Assembly: GCA_964234715.1 (NCBI GenBank)
Contig: OZ174289.1
Strand: one strand, 5' to 3'
DNA: 64,000 bases
From: Podarcis melisellensis
Taxonomy: Eukaryota
The translations under genes and the position numbers were made by a program. Positions 34,931-48,928 of the stretch are shown here, piece by piece. The notes beneath the pieces were generated by a model that saw only the letters and a program-made list of their open reading frames with translations, was not told the origin of the DNA and made no database searches. Position 1 is the first letter of the stretch, and each line of letters opens with the position of its first letter.

Positions 34931-37900
34931 CATAGGAAGCTACTTTATGCTGACTGACCATTGGTCTATCCAGCTAATAGTTCACATTGACTGGGGCAGC
35001 ATCTCTCTCCAGGGGGTGTATTCCAGCCCTCATCCATGAAATCAGGTGCCACAATAAACCTATTAGCCTTCTCTCCCCACACCCAGCTCATCTCTGGCCT
35101 TCCAGATGTTTCTGGAGTATGTTTCTCATCCTCTTATTTTTGGACATGCCAGCTGGGGCTGATGCGAGTTGTATACCAATAACACGTGAAGGGCCACAGG
35201 TTTGCCCACCCCCCTTTAAGGTGTCGCCAGGCTCCTTTTCCTCCTGTTCCATTTAGAATTAAAACTTTGCTTCCTTATCATTGACTTTGTGGCGCTTAAC
35301 AGTTGTATATATTATTATGTTTTAATTAAACCATCCCATCCATGTATGTGCAACCTAGCTAACTTCTAAAATAAAGGTTCCTGTCCCAAGGGATGTGTAA
35401 TGTAAAGCAGGGGTAGCTAACATGGTGCTCCTCATATGTTGCTGGACTCCACCTCCTTAAGCCCCAGTCAATATGGCCTATTGCCAGGGATGGTGTGCTC
35501 CCAAACTCTGGAGGACACAGTCTAAAGTTTGAGAGGACTGCAAGCAGGCGCAATTACATTAAGTAGGTTTTAGTCTGGTTATGGATTAAGATTGGGAGTT
35601 AAGGCAATGCCCAGTGACAGTTTCTGAACTTTCTAATTTTCATTGTTGTAGGTATCTGTATGGTGCTGCTGGTGCTGGATGAGCAAGCCATGGATTCATT
35701 GTTGCTTGGCCCAAACAAACAGAACGACTTTATGCAATGCATAATAAATACCCTTAAGAAAGACTCTGATGGTAATTAATTAATAAATTATTTAATGTTC
35801 AAATGCTATAGTGCATGATGGCTGATCACTAGTTTCTATGCTTATAAAAAACAGACCTCAAATGTCATTGAAGTTTTGTTTTTCTTATGTGTTTTGCAGT
35901 TATTAGGTGAGATCTAACTAAGTCATAGTTTAGACACATTGGTTAATGAAAGTTGATTTCATTGGTGTCTAGATTATTAACTGAAGTTTGATATCACCAA
36001 ATGGGTTTTAGGGGGTTTCTTTTTGGATAATTAGGTGTCATTTCTTCTGAGGAGGAACAGAAATCTGTTTGGATGCACCTTATATCTAACTGAAATTGCA
36101 TAAACTGATATCTGTAACTTGCCTTCCTTTATCCATAATACTTCTGTTTTGGTTGCTACATGATAAATTCAGTTTAAAATCATTACACCCGCCCCCCCCC
36201 ATGTGCTTTGGCTCATATTTACCTGCAGTGTAATATCTTCTTTCAGCACAGTTGATAAAGTCATTAGGTTTGCAGACCTTTATTCTTACTGTTGTTTGCT
36301 GATAAACGCTGTTGTGTTGAATAGCATTTTCCTGCAGCAGAGAGGGAATCCTCACATGGATTGTCCCCCCCCCCCCCGCATTCCACACTTGCTCCACAGC
36401 CAGGAATATGTAGATTAGACAGATCTTACCTCAGTAGGACAGCATTGCCTCCTTTCCTTCCTGCCTTGCTGCTGTGCAGGCCCAGGTCGCAGCTCTACGC
36501 TGCTGCCCTTTGCTGCTTGAGGAGAAGCTTTCCTTTCATTGAGGCACGTTTAATTACAGAATTCAACAACAAAAAGGTTTGAGTCGTCTCTGAGAGCTTG
36601 CAGCCTCCATTTTTGGCCAATTTCTCAGATGAGGAGGCCGGAGGAGCAGAGGCTACCCACAGCAGTGGGGTGGTTTCCCTTGGTGTACCCTCAAGCTTGC
36701 CAAGAACTGCATCTCTGGAGCCAGCAGAGGCTGCAGAGGAACAGCCAGCAGGGAAAGCTGAGGCTTTGTAGCAGCTGCTGGGCCTTGCATCACCCCGTAA
36801 TTAAGTGATTGACAGCACAACACTCCACACTGAGTTCTGTCAGTGAATCCGGCAGGCCCAGGGTGCAGGAGCTGGTTTAGTCCCAGTCCCTCAGATGGCA
36901 TTTCTTGGCCCTCCAGTGCCCAAGGTACCTCAGGTTTTGGCGGGAAATAGGGCCTCACACTTGTTTTCTGCTGAGAGTTTTGCCCACCTGTTGAAGATCC
37001 TAAAGATAGATAACTGTGCCCAAGAACACAGGAGCTGGTGGCGGTGGCGGCAAAGGGAGTGTCCAAAGTAAGGACTGTTCCAGTCCTTCAACCCTTTGGC
37101 AACCTTTTCCATCTGTTCTCAGTACCTGGGGATAGTCACTCCTCAGGCCCAGGTAGGCCCAGGTCCTAAAATGTTTTATACCTTTCAACTTGAGACTATG
37201 ACTAAATGCTGAGTTCCCCACCGTACCTCTGTACTGTATGTTCGATACAGTGGGTACAATGACAGCCAAGGACACAGATGAATTTCCTAGAATTCGGATG
37301 ATAATAAGACTCCATTTGACCTTCCGGTGGTGCCTATGGCCGGCGGAGACAGTAGAAGCTAGCGGTACCAGTGAGATGGGCAGAGATTCCAGCCCTGGCA
37401 AATAGCAGAAGCAGTTCTCACCCAGTTCTAGAGAGACTAGACAGAATCAGCAGGGAGGCAAGAAGTTAACTTAGTCCTGACTAGAGATGTAAAATTTTGA
37501 AGCCATGAGAAAAAAACAATGTTTTTTCCTCTTTTTCCCCACAAAAAAAAAATTGAAGTTTTTTTTTGGGGGGGGATTAAAAGTTCAATGTGGAGTAGTT
37601 TTACAAATTGCGTGAAACACAGTGTAGGTAAAAGTATTGTGCTTGCAATAAAACATGTAACCACCCCCTTTCCCCCAAAAGCAACTAAAAAATCAAGAAA
37701 CCATCAATATAAAAAATAATCAGATTTTCCCCTTAACACCAACAGCAAATAAAGTTAAGATCCACTTCAATATTTAAGCTCCATAGAAGATCTACCCTTT
37801 GAGTAGTGCTTTTTTAAAAAACAAAAAAGGTGTGTGGAATATTCAAACTATATCAAACTCCCCCCCCCCAATTTTTCTAGAAAAAAAACAGCTTCAGAAA

Positions 37901-40900
37901 AAAGTGGGGGGATGGACACTGGGGTTTCCTCCCCAATTCCCCCCCCCCGGCCTTCCCATCTCTACTCCTGACTCCCTAAGCTTCCAGTTTAGTTCATCTG
38001 TAACAGTTCTTCTCCTGCTGCAAGGAGATGACAACCGATCAGTGAGTTCTACAAACCACGAGGGAAGGGGATATTCAGGACTTTGCCCACTTACCTCACA
38101 ACCACCTTGTCATTTCACTCATGTCCAAAAAGGAGAAAACGCTATGTGGTCCTAGCAGCCATTCAGCTGATAATCCATCAATGCCATAGAGCCCATGCCC
38201 TGCTACTCGATAATCTTCATAGTCCCAAAGGAGGAGGAGGAAGATTTCAGGGCCATATTGAATTTGAAGAGGGTGAACAGGCACATCTCTCAGACACTGA
38301 TGCAGCAAGTGACACATTGTTCAACTGGGTGGAGAACTTCCTCGCATCTATCACTGAAGAACATGTATTAGGTGCATCCATCAGGGAGGATTGGCAATAA
38401 AAGATATAATAATAATAATTTATTATTTGTACCCCGCCCATCTGGCTGGGTCTCCCCAGCCACTCTGGGCGGCTTCCAACACAGATAAAAGATACACTAT
38501 TAAGGATGTTAGTAGAATAAGTCAGTGCATATCCTTATTTGGAAAGTATTAGTTAGCTTGAACATGCTTAGATTAGAAAACTATATAGATCAAAATTGGA
38601 ATATTGAAAGAATGTCTCTTTGATTAGCTTAGAGATTAACCTGATGTTACTGTCCTGATGGAAGGTTAGATATGTTAAAAAAAAAAGGTTATTATGTAAA
38701 ATGACCTGTAGGAAAATCTTGACCAGCATGTCATGTCATGGCTGATGTAGACTGGACCATGTGGAACTGGTTATATACTTAGCGCCATGTAAGCGGTGTA
38801 TGGAGAAGTATAAAAGCTGTCTTGAAACCAGTGATTAGCACAGTACCCACTATTCTGTGGGATTGTCCTTTACTGCAGCAAATTTAATAAAAAGTATTGT
38901 CTTGCTGGAATTCGTTCACTGAGGTCCAGCTCTGAGGGCCTTCTGGTGCTTCCCTCACTGTGAGAATTGAGGTTACGGGGAACCAGGGAGAGGGCCTTCT
39001 CAGTAGTGGAACCCACCCTGTGGAATGCTCTCCCATCAGATGTCAAGGGAATAAACAACTTTCCAACCTTTAGAAGACATCTGAAGGCAGCCCTGTTTAG
39101 GGAAGTTTTAAATGTTTGGTGTTTTGTTTTATTTTTAATATTCTGTTGGGAGCTGCCCAGAGTGGCTGGGGAAGCCCAGCCAGATGGGCGGGGTATTGAT
39201 TGATTGAGTTCCTTACCTGAGAATGAACCTGAGGGATGTTCGAACAGCTTTGGTAAGGATCCCCACCCCCCGGGCATGGAAATGTGACATTGGAGCACCA
39301 GTGAAGGTCCAGTTTGTGCAGGGGGTGGATGGGATCCTATGCACCCTGGGGTAGTTTGCATAATTGGCTGTGTGGTTGCACGCATACACTGCTTTTTAGT
39401 ATTTTCTCTAATTGAATACATTCTAGTTTGGTGTTGAAACACTCTCTCCTCAGTTCAGTTTAATACAGTAGTACTCTCCTGCTCCAAACATGTGGGCGTT
39501 CCACCTCCCTAGGCAGCAAAATTTTGCTGCCAGAGGACAGTTGATCAGCTGCAGCAGGCAGCATGAAATACTTGCAGGGACTACAGGTTGCCCATGGATT
39601 CAGCATCAAGCCAGATCCTTAATTTAGCCAGGTTCATTCATTTCATTTGAAGTTTACTCTGAGTAAAACATAATTTGAATACAAACTTGCTCACTGATTT
39701 TATGGCAATTCCAGTATTGCTTGATACTGGGTTTTTATTCCCCCCCCCCTCATGTACTCAACATTTTCATTTTTTAATTTACGTGTTTTTATTGACTAAA
39801 TATTATTTCCCATCTCAGCGTGTTTTGACTTGTCTGTTTCAGATGAAAGTAACAGTCCCTTCTGGCCTGCACTCCACTGCTTCATGGTGATCCTGGATAA
39901 GCTTGGGTCCAAAGTGTGGGGGCAGCACATTGATCCAAGTGAGGCATTTCAAACTATTAACAACAGCGTGAGTTATAATAAAGAAATCGAGAATATTCGC
40001 CAAAGGTGCAAGAGGTCAGTCCTTTATCCTTACAGTTTTTATAATACAGCATTTTGGAAGCCAGTGTGATATCCTTCAATTCTTGCTGAGCAATTGGCTG
40101 TTCTGGCCGGGGCTGATGGGAATTGTGCATCAACATGTAACTATGTTAGTTACCACTGGATTAAGATTAAACATATTTGATATAGTTTAAATGTTATCTG
40201 CAAATCAGTTAAAGGCTTTGCTTAAAATATTTTCAAGTGTTCCAGTTAAAATACCTACCAATAAAACTCACTCACTGTTTAAATTGTAATTTGTTTTTGT
40301 TTTTTTGTTTTAGTTCTAATACTAGTTTTTATAAATATATTGTGTTTTGTAGGGATGGTTATCTGTAAAAAGTTAACTACTACATTGATTTTAATCATGA
40401 GTTTCTTGATTGGATTTGGGTTGTGTTCATGTATTGTGACACTTTCTAATTTTATGAAATGTGGTTCCTGCAGAAAATATGTCAGTGGAACAGTTTCCAT
40501 CTAACATCATTGGATGAGCTATGTTGCTCATGTCCATTTTGTGGATGTTGTGGTATTTCTTCCAAAGCCACCTAAGGAGCCTATGACTCAGTGAGGTTGT
40601 CTTTCCTGCATTTACAAATCATGGTGCATCCATGGTGTGTCTGTGAACTATGGTTTGTTCCAACGTGCCTTAGGTTGTCTCACAGATGAGCAAGCAAACC
40701 AGTTTCTTCCTACAGAGCTTAAAACAAGCCATGTTTCATAAACCTACAAGAAATTTTAGTGCCAGATTGGAATCAACCAAAGCAAGCTGTAGTTAGTCAG
40801 CTGAGCTGGGTTCCAACTCTGGAAAGAAATTAGTAGAGGAGCTTGACCAGAGGTCGCCCTCCACTGAACTCCCCAAAGACACAGGCTTCAGTAGAAAAGT

Positions 40901-43900
40901 AGGCATTTATTAGTCCAAATGTACATAGGGTCAGTCTCTTCAAAAATACTGGAGAAGACTGCGTTTTGGGGCTTTCAAACGTTATTTCTACTTCACCAGT
41001 CATAGGATTACAGCAGACTTTCCCATCACAGTTACAACTCATTGACACCATTCTAGACCAACCAGAGATCCTTTTGCTCTTCTGTCTAGCCCATCTCAAC
41101 CTCCTCATCATATTATACATTTTTTTAAGGGTAACCTTTTTTAAGGGTGTTTTTGATTAATTTCTCTTATTAGCTGTTTATCAACATCTGTTTTCCATTA
41201 TCTGTGATTCATTTATCAGGTTAAATATAAGTGCTGCTATGCTTAGCAGTCCTTTCACTATTGCCATACTGATTATCTGCTTACTTTCCTTCAGAGTTCG
41301 TTCCCTCATTGTACCAGGTGCACATAACCTCTTAGTTAAATACAATGTTTTTTTTCCTTACTAGAAGAGCTTAGTTAATCTTCATACACATGTGCGGGAT
41401 ACATAATATAGAGTCCTAAAGGCTCAAAGTGAATTCAAACAAGATGAAGAAAAATGGAGATTTCTTCTTTGCAACCATCTGTGGTTTAGAGTTCAATTTG
41501 AGTGAAATCCTGATCGCTCTGGCTTAAGTGAATTAGCTTTCACTAAGGCAGTTAGTTTAAGTCTGAGAGCAATTTAAGTACTCTTTATGACAAATGTAAC
41601 ACTATAATTATTTGCATAGTCTTTGGGACTCAGGGTCAGAGGAAGAAATAACATTGACCTTGATTACATATTCTTCTGTTCTGTTCTCACCCCCCCCCCC
41701 CAGCAGTCGTGAGCTTTAAGAATGATGTAAACTACACATTTAAATAAATAGCTTTTGGTTTAAATGCTTTGCTTTCTTAATGTTTTCAAAGGACTAGATC
41801 TGTGCCGCTATCAGTTTGTGAAGATGAAATGGTCACCTGCAGCCAACTGGTGTATGACTACCGCCTAGAAAAGCCACAGAAGGTACCTTGCATGTTGATC
41901 TAATTTATTGTCTCCTTCCATGGTTGAAATATGGTTATGGGGGCAGCTCCAGAGTATAGCTGGAGAGAAGAATCAAACCACATCTGTCCTCTAGAACAAA
42001 CACTTTTCATTTTCAAAGGCTGGATCCTGGTGTTCGTTTGAAGGGTGGTTTCTTACTGGCAACAGAATTCAGCCTCCTGAAAACTTTGTTTTTTTCATTA
42101 AAACAATGTAGACCTGTTGCACTCTTGATGATGCTAGGCTACAACTCCCATCGTCTCTGATCATTGGCCATGCTGGCTGAGGCTGATGGAATTTTGAGTC
42201 CAGCAGCATCTGAAGCGCAACAAACCCGCTTTCCTGTCATAGTAAAATCATGTGAGGATGGCATCTGCATATGCGGGGGGGGGGGCAGCGGCGGCGGCAG
42301 CGGAATGGAGAACATGCTGTTAAAACAGTGACTTCTTGTTTCAGGTTACCAGGCAGAAATCTGCTGCTTGTCCTAATTACTTCCCTGACTTGTATGAAGA
42401 TATGAAAACATTAATTGATGCATTCCAGGCTGACTTTGGCCAAGACATACAGTTACACAGCAGCACTTTTCTATGGCTTATCCCTTTCATCCACTCCCTT
42501 ATGGGCCTCAGGGAGCTGGGGATTGGCTACAGCGTACAGGTTATGAGCCACCTGTGTGTAAAAACGGATGTCTCTGAGAACTCTGCTGAATCTTATGACA
42601 AAGTATCTCAGTTCTTTATTTGGGTCCTGGTGATCGTGATTCAACTCCACCTTAAGAAAAGGTGCCTGAGTTCTCTGTGGGTCAGCGCGGAAAAATGGGT
42701 GCGGACAGTGGTAGCATGGGCCAAGCTTCCACGTGCAGTGTTCATGGCTGGCATCGAGAGAAGGGTGGCCAGGAGCTGCTTAATAAGCACAGCTACATCA
42801 CCATCTCTGGAAACAGAGTCTGTGCAGTCTTTCTGCATGAAACTGATTCGTAATATCCTGAAGGAAGGCTTACATGATGTGAAGACTCCCGTTTGTAAGC
42901 AGTTCTTTCTTGAACTCAACTTGCATCTCCGTAACCGCATGAACTTGGAGCTGAGTCCCAAGCAGACTCAAGAATTGCAGAGTACTCTGAAGCATATCAT
43001 AAGGACCATGTGGATGAAATCAGGACCTTCTTCCCCCATCGTGGAGAGCTTTCCCATTGGTGTAAATGAAAGGCAGGAAGACATGCAACCAGTGAATATG
43101 TGCAATGAGCACCCACCTCACTTGTCAGCAGCAAGGAAGGATGAAGTCTGCCAAGAAGGCCAAGTACAAGAGGGCTCCATGTTAGCAAAGAGATACATGT
43201 ATGTTCAAAAAACCATGAGCTGTCACCAGATACTAGGGATAGACATAAAGGTTGAGAACATCTGGTCAGGGGTGGAGGGACCCAGAGCTTCCAGTCCTCT
43301 GATGACAAAGAATGATGACAGCAGTGATGCTTTGGAGAAAAGTGTTGATCAGAATGACCTTACAAGCCAAAGGAGACCTCTGAGCCCCAGCTTCAAGGCA
43401 AAGTTGAGAAAAGTGCTTAATAGGTGTAGAAGCAGCACCATGCTGGAGTCCAAAACAAAGAAGGAGCAGTCAGTTAGAGACCAAAGGAAAAGCCAGGAAG
43501 GGCCGAAGAGTGATATTGTTGAAGGTAGCGCCGGCAATACATCAGATCCATTGTTCTGCAAATCGGGGGCAGGCTCAAGCAAGTCTTTCCTTAGTCTGTC
43601 AGGCTGTATGAAAAATAAATGCAAGAGCAATTGGGTGAATTTTGAAACAGGACAGTGGGTTTCTGAAGTAGGCAGCAGTGATGACATGAAGGAGAAGATG
43701 CCACTTGACATTGTGGTGAGGAATCAGCGGAATGAATTTGAAGCAGCTGTCGCTGACACTTCAACTAGCACAGCAACAGATCCCCAAATTAACATAGCCT
43801 TCAATAAAGGCACCTTCATTGCTTACACCAAAGAAACACCCGTTGACTCTAGGCAGGAAAGCAGCAAGAAAGTTATGGGCTCTGTTCAATCTCAGTCTTC

Positions 43901-46900
43901 CAGTGAAGACTACCCTTCTAAGGCAGCAAAGGGACCAATCCCTACAATTATTATTTCTGATTCTTCAGAAGAGGATGAAAACCAAGGGAACACTAGTAGA
44001 GAGAGCAGAAAAGATACAACATGTGTGCGCCATGTGAAGCAATCCAGTGCACAGGGGCAAGAGCCAATGAATTCCTCACCAGCAAATGCGGAACATGAAT
44101 CACAGTTGTTTGAGTTCGAATCAGAAGCTGAAATTTACTCAGAATGGCAGGACAGCCAAACTAATGAGGAAACGACAGAGGAGGAGAACCTTTTAGTGGA
44201 GACAGACAATGGCCACAGAGCCACTGACTTGGAAATAAATTCCTGGGGTTATGAGTCGAACCCTCATTGGTTTAATGCCACTGAAGAAGCAAAAGAGGAT
44301 CCTGTGCAAAACAGTGAAACTAAAACAAAGCCACATACACCGGCTCAGAAGGTCAACATTAGCAGCAGAAATGCAATGTGTTCCTCGACTTCCACAGGGA
44401 TGGATGCAGGGTGTTCCAGACACATAGATCCATCAGCACCTACTGCTTCTTCAGAGTCAGCATCTGCTGTCAAAGAATCTACTATTCAGCCAAAGAAGGC
44501 ACCACCACAGGCAGAACCAGCAAGATCTACTCCTACTGTGGTCCCACCTGCCAAAGTCCACCATTTTCCACCCCCAACCTCACTGACAGAGAATCTTGGC
44601 CTGTCAAAGAAAGTCCGTAGAGCAGCTGAACTATCTCAGCGCACACAGGACAGTCTTGCTGAGTTGCGTCGTCATGGGGAAATTGCTGGCAGGGTAGATG
44701 TTGCACAGAAAAGAACATCACAACTAATAAATGCTTCACACCTAACTACTAAAAATAGAAAAATGCTTTCTTGCCAAGAACTTCAGTTCTATAGGCAGAC
44801 AAGGCCTAAAGAGAGAGAGAAGGGTCAGCACACTCAAAGAGGAAACCCAAGTTCCTCAATCCTTGAAGCTACAGCTAGTAAAACCAATCCCTTGACCTCT
44901 ACTGATTCCTCCTCTAGCTCTTGTGATGAGGATGTGGCTTTGAAAGAGGGAGAGCCACAATTGAATGAGAACATTGAAGATGACAACTTGTTTCTTACAC
45001 AGTCCGATCCAGTGGACATGGAGCTGTGTTCACAAATAGAAAGTGGCAGTAACCCCACACACATGGAAGCCAGTGTATCTGCAAGCCCACTACAGGATGC
45101 TAATGAGATATGCAAGGAAGCAGGTTCTAAAAGAGCAGCTGAAGCAGAGGCTCACGGCGCAAGCTGTTCTGCTGGTGGCCCACAAGACAATGCGTCTGCC
45201 AAGACTTTTGCACCCCCTAGGCTCTCCACGATGAAAATCTTCAGTGTTTCTTCCCGGAACGCAAACCTCACCAAGGAGCTCGAGAGCATCCCAAAGCCCC
45301 CAGCAGTTCCAAAGAGCAAATCATATTCCTTCATGCCCCCCATCTCAAAGGGGAATGGATTGCAGTCCCAAATCCCCATGCCGAACAGCATTCTCCAACC
45401 ACAGAATTCAAACAACGTCCCTCAGTTGCTGAATGTGCAAAATAACTCTAATGTGTATACTGGTGGGGTGCTGCCTGCCTCCAGACCTGTTTCCTGGCAT
45501 GAAATGAATCCACGCTTCACACAAGCAAACAGCGTGAATGCCCAGCAGAGAAGTCCTGCCATATTTAGTAGAGAAATCCTGAAGTGGAACTATGACATGT
45601 TTGCACAGTTCAGTCAGTTTGGGCCACCAGCTTACCTCCTCCAGTCTGTTATGACTTCTGTTCCAGCCACTTTTAACAATTACAATGACTACTTCAATAC
45701 TTTCTTCCCCTTAATGATGCTAAATACCTTTGAAACAGTAAGTAAAGTCTCCCTTAGCTCTTTGTAGTCTGGTGGCCACTTTTAACTGGAGTCTTTTGGC
45801 TAGTTTCAGGGAGGCCCACCTGGCTTAAAGAAACACATTTTTAATTGATTTTCAGACCGTTGTGTAAGCAGAATAAGTGAACAATAGCAACAATAATATA
45901 ATAATAACTTGACATATCTAAAACAAGTCAAGGCAGATAGAAGAACCACCATAAGAAGTAATGACACCCAACTTTAAATCATGACATATTTCTCTGGTGT
46001 AAGGAACGATCATTACATGTCCATCTTTGAACGGAGTAAAAATGTTCAGGGTCCTCCTTCCCCTTGCAGACCCATAATTTAGGTTTTTTACACCATGGAG
46101 AAATATTCAAGCTCTGTAATGTTTTCCATTGTTGGAACTACGGAAATCTAGGCTGCTGCCAGCACCCATGTTTAACGTTCCTTTGAGTGAAAAGTCTTCA
46201 TCATTTCTGCACACATATTTATCAAAGAAAGCTGGGCAAAAATTTAAACAGGTATTTCTTGATCCCAGGCCAGAATGACTTGCGGGCATTCCCACCAAAG
46301 GTGGAAAATGTCCCTTTGTTCCCACAGTCCTGCCAACTGTTCCATGCTATAGTAGAAGTAATGTGGGATAATTGTGCTGGTGCACAGTGCCACTGGTGTT
46401 CTATTTTAAAGTGCATTCTTGGGCATGTGCAAATACAGGTTGGACAGTCTAGAGTTCCATAGCTTTATATTCAGCATTTTCTGTACAAAGAATTAAGTCT
46501 TTTTAAGAGGACACACTTGTAAGGAGAATACATACCTTAGTTAGTGGACCCTTCAGGAAGTGCATTGGAGGTGGTTGGGAGCTGCTGCATGCCAGCAGTG
46601 GACAGGACCAGAGTTGGCAACAGAATGCCCCATTTTTCTCTTTCCTCTCCTCTTCCCTTCCTACCTCCACTGCAATTCCACTTAGGCTACATCTTCACCA
46701 TACATTTAAATCAGCATCGTACTACTTTTTTTATTAAATTATTTTTTATTAATTTTTAATAACAATCCAATGTAGGCCACATTAATACGATACCAAATCA
46801 CGCCAAATCACAATACAATCAGCCAATTAATCAGTTCCAAATTAAACATTTTGGAATGACTTCCCATGTTCCGGCTATCAGGAGTTGATGTCATTCTTTG

Positions 46901-48882
46901 GTCCTGCACCAATTCTCTTAATTAGCCCAGTTCCACAATTCCAATCTTAATCCTTTATTTTAACAGCCACTGATGTGATGACTTTCGATCATATTTAATA
47001 AATCCCTCATAAATCTCATTTTACAACAAATTCAGAGGTTTATTCTCCAGGGTACATTCCTGTGCCTCCAGGTTCTTCCATGTAGTATAAACCCTCTCTT
47101 CTAGATCTGCTGAACTCCAGGTGGTTATGTTTGCTACAGTGGTGGAGCCACTTTGCCCAGGGCCTGACTCCACTGGTGGTTGATGCAGGCACCACACCTT
47201 TGGAACCAATTCTCTACAGCCTGCCCGCCCCTGACCAACTAGAATTACTCCCTTATTCTACCCAAGGGTCTTTGCTACATCAGAGTGCCCCAGCTTCTTT
47301 AGCTTTGTTAGAGTATGGTGCTGATAATGCCAAGGTTGCAGGTTTGATCTCCATATGGGACACCTGCATATTCCTACATTTGCAGGGGTTTGGACTAGAT
47401 GATCCTCAGGGTCCCTTCCAGCTCTATGATTCTGTGACACAACTAGCTGCCACCTTGCCCAGCCCCAGTGGTTTCTACCCATTATCTGTATAGTATGTCA
47501 TCCGTGAGCTCTAGACTCTTCCATTGAGACCAAAAAGCCTTCATGGTGGTGTTGAGTGGGGACCCAATTCCTCAGGGTGGAAGAGCCAAGAATTAATTTT
47601 TCACTTACACAAAGCATTGACGTCTGGATCACCCCTTTTTAAAGTGTAGTGGATGGAAGAGCACTCTTCATAGCTGCTGTTAAGCCAAAGCTTGCTTTTT
47701 CTTGTAGGTGGCACAAGATTGGATAGAGAACCAGAAATGGAAAGACAAAAGGAATTTCCATTTAACTTTGCTGAACTTCAGTCTGGACACAAATGAAGCA
47801 GATTTTACAGGTGAGTGAGAATTTCACTGCATATAAACAAACAGGCAGTAAAAATTCGGTTCTGTTTTCAGTAGTAGTTGAAGTAGATAGCAAATGCTTG
47901 TGTTAAGGCGAGATTGCTGGGGTAAGCAGACAAGTGCTATTATACTTCTTTCTGTCTGCATAATTTTTGCTTTTTCGCCCACACATGTTGATGGCTGTTT
48001 TAGACCATTTTCAGTTTTGCACTGATCTGAATTTTTAAAAAAGAAAGTTTATACCAATAATTTTATTGTTTTATATCTCGTGTATAAAAGAAGTATTAAA
48101 CCTTGAGGTGGGTGGGTATAAATTTTGGGAAATAAAATAAACCAATATCCCATGCCCATGACCCAAGCAAACTGAACTCCAGGTGCTGTAAAGGATTAAA
48201 TAAATAAAAAACTAATGCTATTTCATAAAAAAACCCCAAAACAAAACAGGGATTGAGGAGTGATATGCCTGTTTTATCTCAACACCTAGATTGCTTTATA
48301 TGTCTCCTAAACTGTTCTTATCAGGTCATACAAATGAAGAGAGAAAAAACCCTCATACAACTAAATTAACGAAAGATTTATTAGGCTGGGTCACAGGTGT
48401 AACTGAAAACACTTGAAATTCAAAGCTGAGCTTCAGCAAATTGTGGTTGACATGTATCTTTTTACTGAGGGTTTGGTAACATTAAAGCCATATCCATATG
48501 TGGCTAGATGCTTGCATATTTTTATTCTGTGTTCAAATTATTTTTCCAGCTAACCTCTCGGAGAACAATTTGGGGAGACAGTACCCAAAGCAAGATGACT
48601 TTGTGGTCTTAACAGTGTATGAAAAGCAAGCCTTTCATAGCAACGCTCGTGAGGCAGAAAGCCGCCCAGTGTGCCACGTCGGTTGCGTCACTCGGTTTTA
48701 TTTTAGTAAGTTTTTTAAAACTAACTTGTCAGTGGGGAAAAGAATTACCTTAGCCAACCATTTGTGTCATTAATTCTTTTGATTTGGGATGTAGTGGTTC
48801 GAGGCCCTGTGACAGTGTGAGCTCCTGTTGTTCGGTCCCAGCTCCTTCCAACCTAGCAGTTCGAAAGCACACATTGCAAGTA

Positions 48883-48928
<46 letters not shown>

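Noticed and set aside
36590-38400. Possible degraded LINE 5'/endonuclease region or unannotated exons
   Set aside because: No clear motif, and the SETX frame is complete without an exon here.
38507-39246. Solo-LTR-like segment (TGTT...AACA, TATAAAA ~38809, AATAAA ~38886) interrupted by L2
   Set aside because: No target-site duplication and no convincing PBS, so it cannot be supported without a library search.
42641-45432. Overlapping alternative-frame and antisense ORFs inside the SETX giant exon
   Set aside because: Short, with no recognisable motifs; expected by chance within a long coding exon.
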